Below, piece after piece: positions 61,327-64,000 of a stretch of DNA of 64,000 bases. The stretch comes from Mobula hypostoma (taxonomy: Eukaryota), in NCBI RefSeq assembly GCF_963921235.1, contig NC_086097.1, positions 212,290,001 to 212,354,000 on the forward strand, written 5' to 3'. Under the pieces are notes generated by a model. It did not search any database. It was not told where the DNA came from and saw nothing but the letters and a program-made list of their open reading frames with translations. How positions within the stretch are numbered: position 1 is the stretch's first letter; each line of letters opens with the position of its first letter. A program made the position numbers and the translations under genes.

Positions 61327-63166
61327 CTACAGAGAAAAGAAGAGAGAATTATTGATTTTTGCAAGAAACAAATGGAAGAATAAAAATTAAAACCGTAGTA
61401 CAGCTTTTTATGCCTACTAAATATGAAATCACCCTCAGATATCATACATTATAAAAGTTACTATTTGTCAAGAGAAAGAGTAGTAATTCAATGTTTGCTG
61501 ACTGAACAGTTATACTTCCTTTTAAAATATTGACTGGGTTGATGCCATGCAATCAACTTCATATCATCTTTAAAACTTGGGCAAAAAATAAGAATTGGAA
61601 GACCAATTCATAATACAGGTTTCAGCAAGAAATCTACAATTGCAAAGTGCCAGCCAAATGAAGCAATGGGCTTCATTAATGTGAGTGCTCATTTATAGTT
61701 ATAATGTCAAATCCAAAAACAGCATGTTAAATGTGCCAGGACCCTCAATGGAGCCCTTATTCACATCAAATTTCAGCAATTATATTTGTATGTTACATCT
61801 GACATATTATTCCACGATGTAATATTAACAACATTAATCAATGAAACTAATTTCTTATAGATTAAATTATTAAAATGATATTGCAAAGTCTTTCAGAATC
61901 CACTCAAACTTAGCAAACATAATTTTTGTTGGAAATTTTAACAACTGATCTTTTCCTTAGTACAGACATTTAATGAGTTTATAATCTATTTTGATGATGA
62001 TGAACTTGAGGGAAAAATATTGAAATCTTCATGGATCTTATATGTCACATAATACGCAGAGATTTCTCACTTTAAAATTTCAACCAAGTTGTACTGTAGT
62101 TGTTTCATCATGTAACTGTGCCATGGTGCTTTCAAGTCAGCAAAGCCAAATTTGAGCTCAACTATGCAGATGACAGCATATGTTCTATTTGTATTTAGCT
62201 GCAGGAAAGCCCTCTTGTCTCTCCTATCCCCAACATTTGGACTTTTTACAGGAAACTGATAGGTTTAATGCTGCAATTATTTGCAGGAATAGTGCCATTT
62301 TGTGTACAGAACAATAGGTGGATTGAGACTATTTAAAGCAGTTTACTTGCCCTCTGGGATGGAAGATCAGCGCATTTCATTTTAAGGTTCCAACAAAAAC
62401 CCACTAAAGTTTTAGCAATGCTGAATGACAGTGAGTAGGCAGGCAATTTAAGGCAAACTTCTGGAAGAGGAAAGAGGGTAGGATAGAATACCACTGTGAG
62501 GAAAGAATTCTTTCCCTTTTTATCAATGTTCTTGTAAGAAACTGTGCAACAGAACGTTCTTACCGAAATAAGTCAAATGCTTCAACCATAAAACTGCAAG
62601 AGTAAATCAGGGCCAGAATCACATTGCCAGTAAGCTAATATACCAATCAGTCTTGATGCTTCTGAATTTTCAGGCTGGAATAATAAGCATCATCCGCATT
62701 TTGGGGAAGTCACAAGCCAAGCATATTTCAGAAGGTTAACATTTATCTCATTCTCCCTTATTCCAATTCAGGGAGATTGCTGATCTGCGACAAGTGGTAA
62801 GAAAAGTTATTCTCTCACCATTTGAATGCAGGCTCCAGTGACCACATCACATTGTGAGTAAGTTCATCTGAGTTTCAAGATACACCATTGTGGTGAGTAA
62901 TTCCACTCCAAGAATGTAGAAAAAATGCAAGGTCACACCCACCATATCATGATGGGCATTACTTCATATAAAAGTAGCAATCATGATATGTTATTCTCAA
63001 TCAGAAAGATATGCTTTTCTTTGTCAGGGCCACAGCAAATAAAAGCATATTTGGGGACAAAAGGATATTTACGAAGGAGGGGCATAGAGTCAAGAGTTAT
63101 TCTGTCGCCACTTGATGGCAGACTCCAGTGACAAAACCAAGCACAAAAGAACAAGGTATAAAAATG

Positions 63167-63270
63167 AGTCCTGAAGAAGGGTCGTGGCCTGAGATGTCAA
63201 CCATCTATTCATTCTGTAGATGATGTCTAACCTGCTGAGTTCTTCCAGAACTTAGTGTGTGTGTTGCTCA
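63167..63270 (+). mobile_element. PLE pseudo-LTR fragment
   Basis: agtcctgaagaagggtcgtggcctgagatgtc...acctgctgagtt...gtgtgtgttgctc. Confidence 0.65.
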
Positions 63271-63931
63271 AGGTATATTAATATGTTTCCTGCTGGTGTC
63301 TGCAATCTGATTAAGCAGCACACTGGCATCCTTCAGCTAGTACAGCCACCGCCTCACAGCACCAGAGATCTGAGTTCAGTCCTGATCTTGGGTGCTGTCA
63401 GCATGGGGTTTGCACGTTCTGGGACTAAGCCATTTAATTTATTCAGAAAAACAAGACTGTGTATAAATGATCAGCAATGGTCCAATGATGCTTAGCGAGG
63501 TACATGGACCTGGAGGCACAGGATTGAACTACTTCAGTTATGGAGAGCCTTTGGAGAGTCTGGCCTTGTTTTCCCTGGAATGAAAGAGGTTGTGAGATGA
63601 TCTGGCAGAAGCAAATAAGATTAGGAAATGGGTAGAAAGGGTTGGTAGTCAAGATAATTGTCCCTTGGTATGGCTATCAGAACCAAAAGGGCGAAGATTT
63701 AAGGTGAGAGGAAGTGAATCTGAGGGGTGCACAGTATGGTTGATATCTGGAATACACTGTTAGAGTTGGTGGAATCCAATACAACACCCTGGCATTTCTT
63801 CTCTCCCTCTCTGGCTACAATTTCACATTTTGTGTTAATATTTAATTGCACATGTTATTATAAATGTTAATTCTATTGATAAAAATAGTGGGCTGAAATC
63901 CAATGTGACTTCATATGATTGTCTGAACTGA

Positions 63932-64000
63932 GAATCAGAACCAGGTTTATTATCACTAACAAATGTTGTGAAATTTGTTCTTTTGCGGCAGCAGTACATT
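63932..64000 (-). mobile_element. Rex1-type LINE tail, continues beyond the window
   Basis: gaatcagaaccaggtttattatcac...gtgaaatttgtt, same as 56915-56970. Confidence 0.7.

Noticed and set aside
62772..62796. 25-nt + strand micro-exon (EIADLRQV)
   Set aside because: Too short to support without transcript data, and opposite to the better-supported minus-strand exon.
1..64000. Remaining six-frame ORFs as novel genes
   Set aside because: They are TE fragments, antisense or alternative frames of TEs, microsatellite translations, or chance-length ORFs.

Overview
Vertebrate nuclear DNA, not prokaryotic. The repeat complement (CR1 LINEs with (TTCTATGT)n-type tails, Rex1/Babar LINEs, Penelope-like elements, V/CORE-type SINEs) points to a cartilaginous fish, probably a ray; this is an inference. 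Roughly half of the window is decayed, often nested transposons: CR1 (two near-full-length copies with an esterase-type ORF1), Rex1/Babar, Penelope-like elements whose pseudo-LTRs carry minimal hammerhead ribozymes, a Vingi LINE, a split Ty3/Gypsy element, a hAT (Charlie/Buster) transposase remnant, a Tigger-like MITE, tiny Tc1 MITEs and several SINE families. Almost every ORF in the supplied track is a TE fragment, its antisense frame or chance. I could not name a host gene. The best host-gene signal is a candidate terminal coding exon plus 3' UTR on the minus strand at about 60.2-61.3 kb. There is also a motif cluster (IRF, RFX X-box, kappaB) near 2.7-2.9 kb and a CTCF-like site at 6.5 kb. 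I found no convincing wholly new biological system. The most interesting items are the ribozyme-bearing Penelope derivatives and a possible composite transposon bounded by two about 70-bp Tc1 MITEs. Repeat boundaries are by eye and approximate unless a target-site duplication (TSD) is given.
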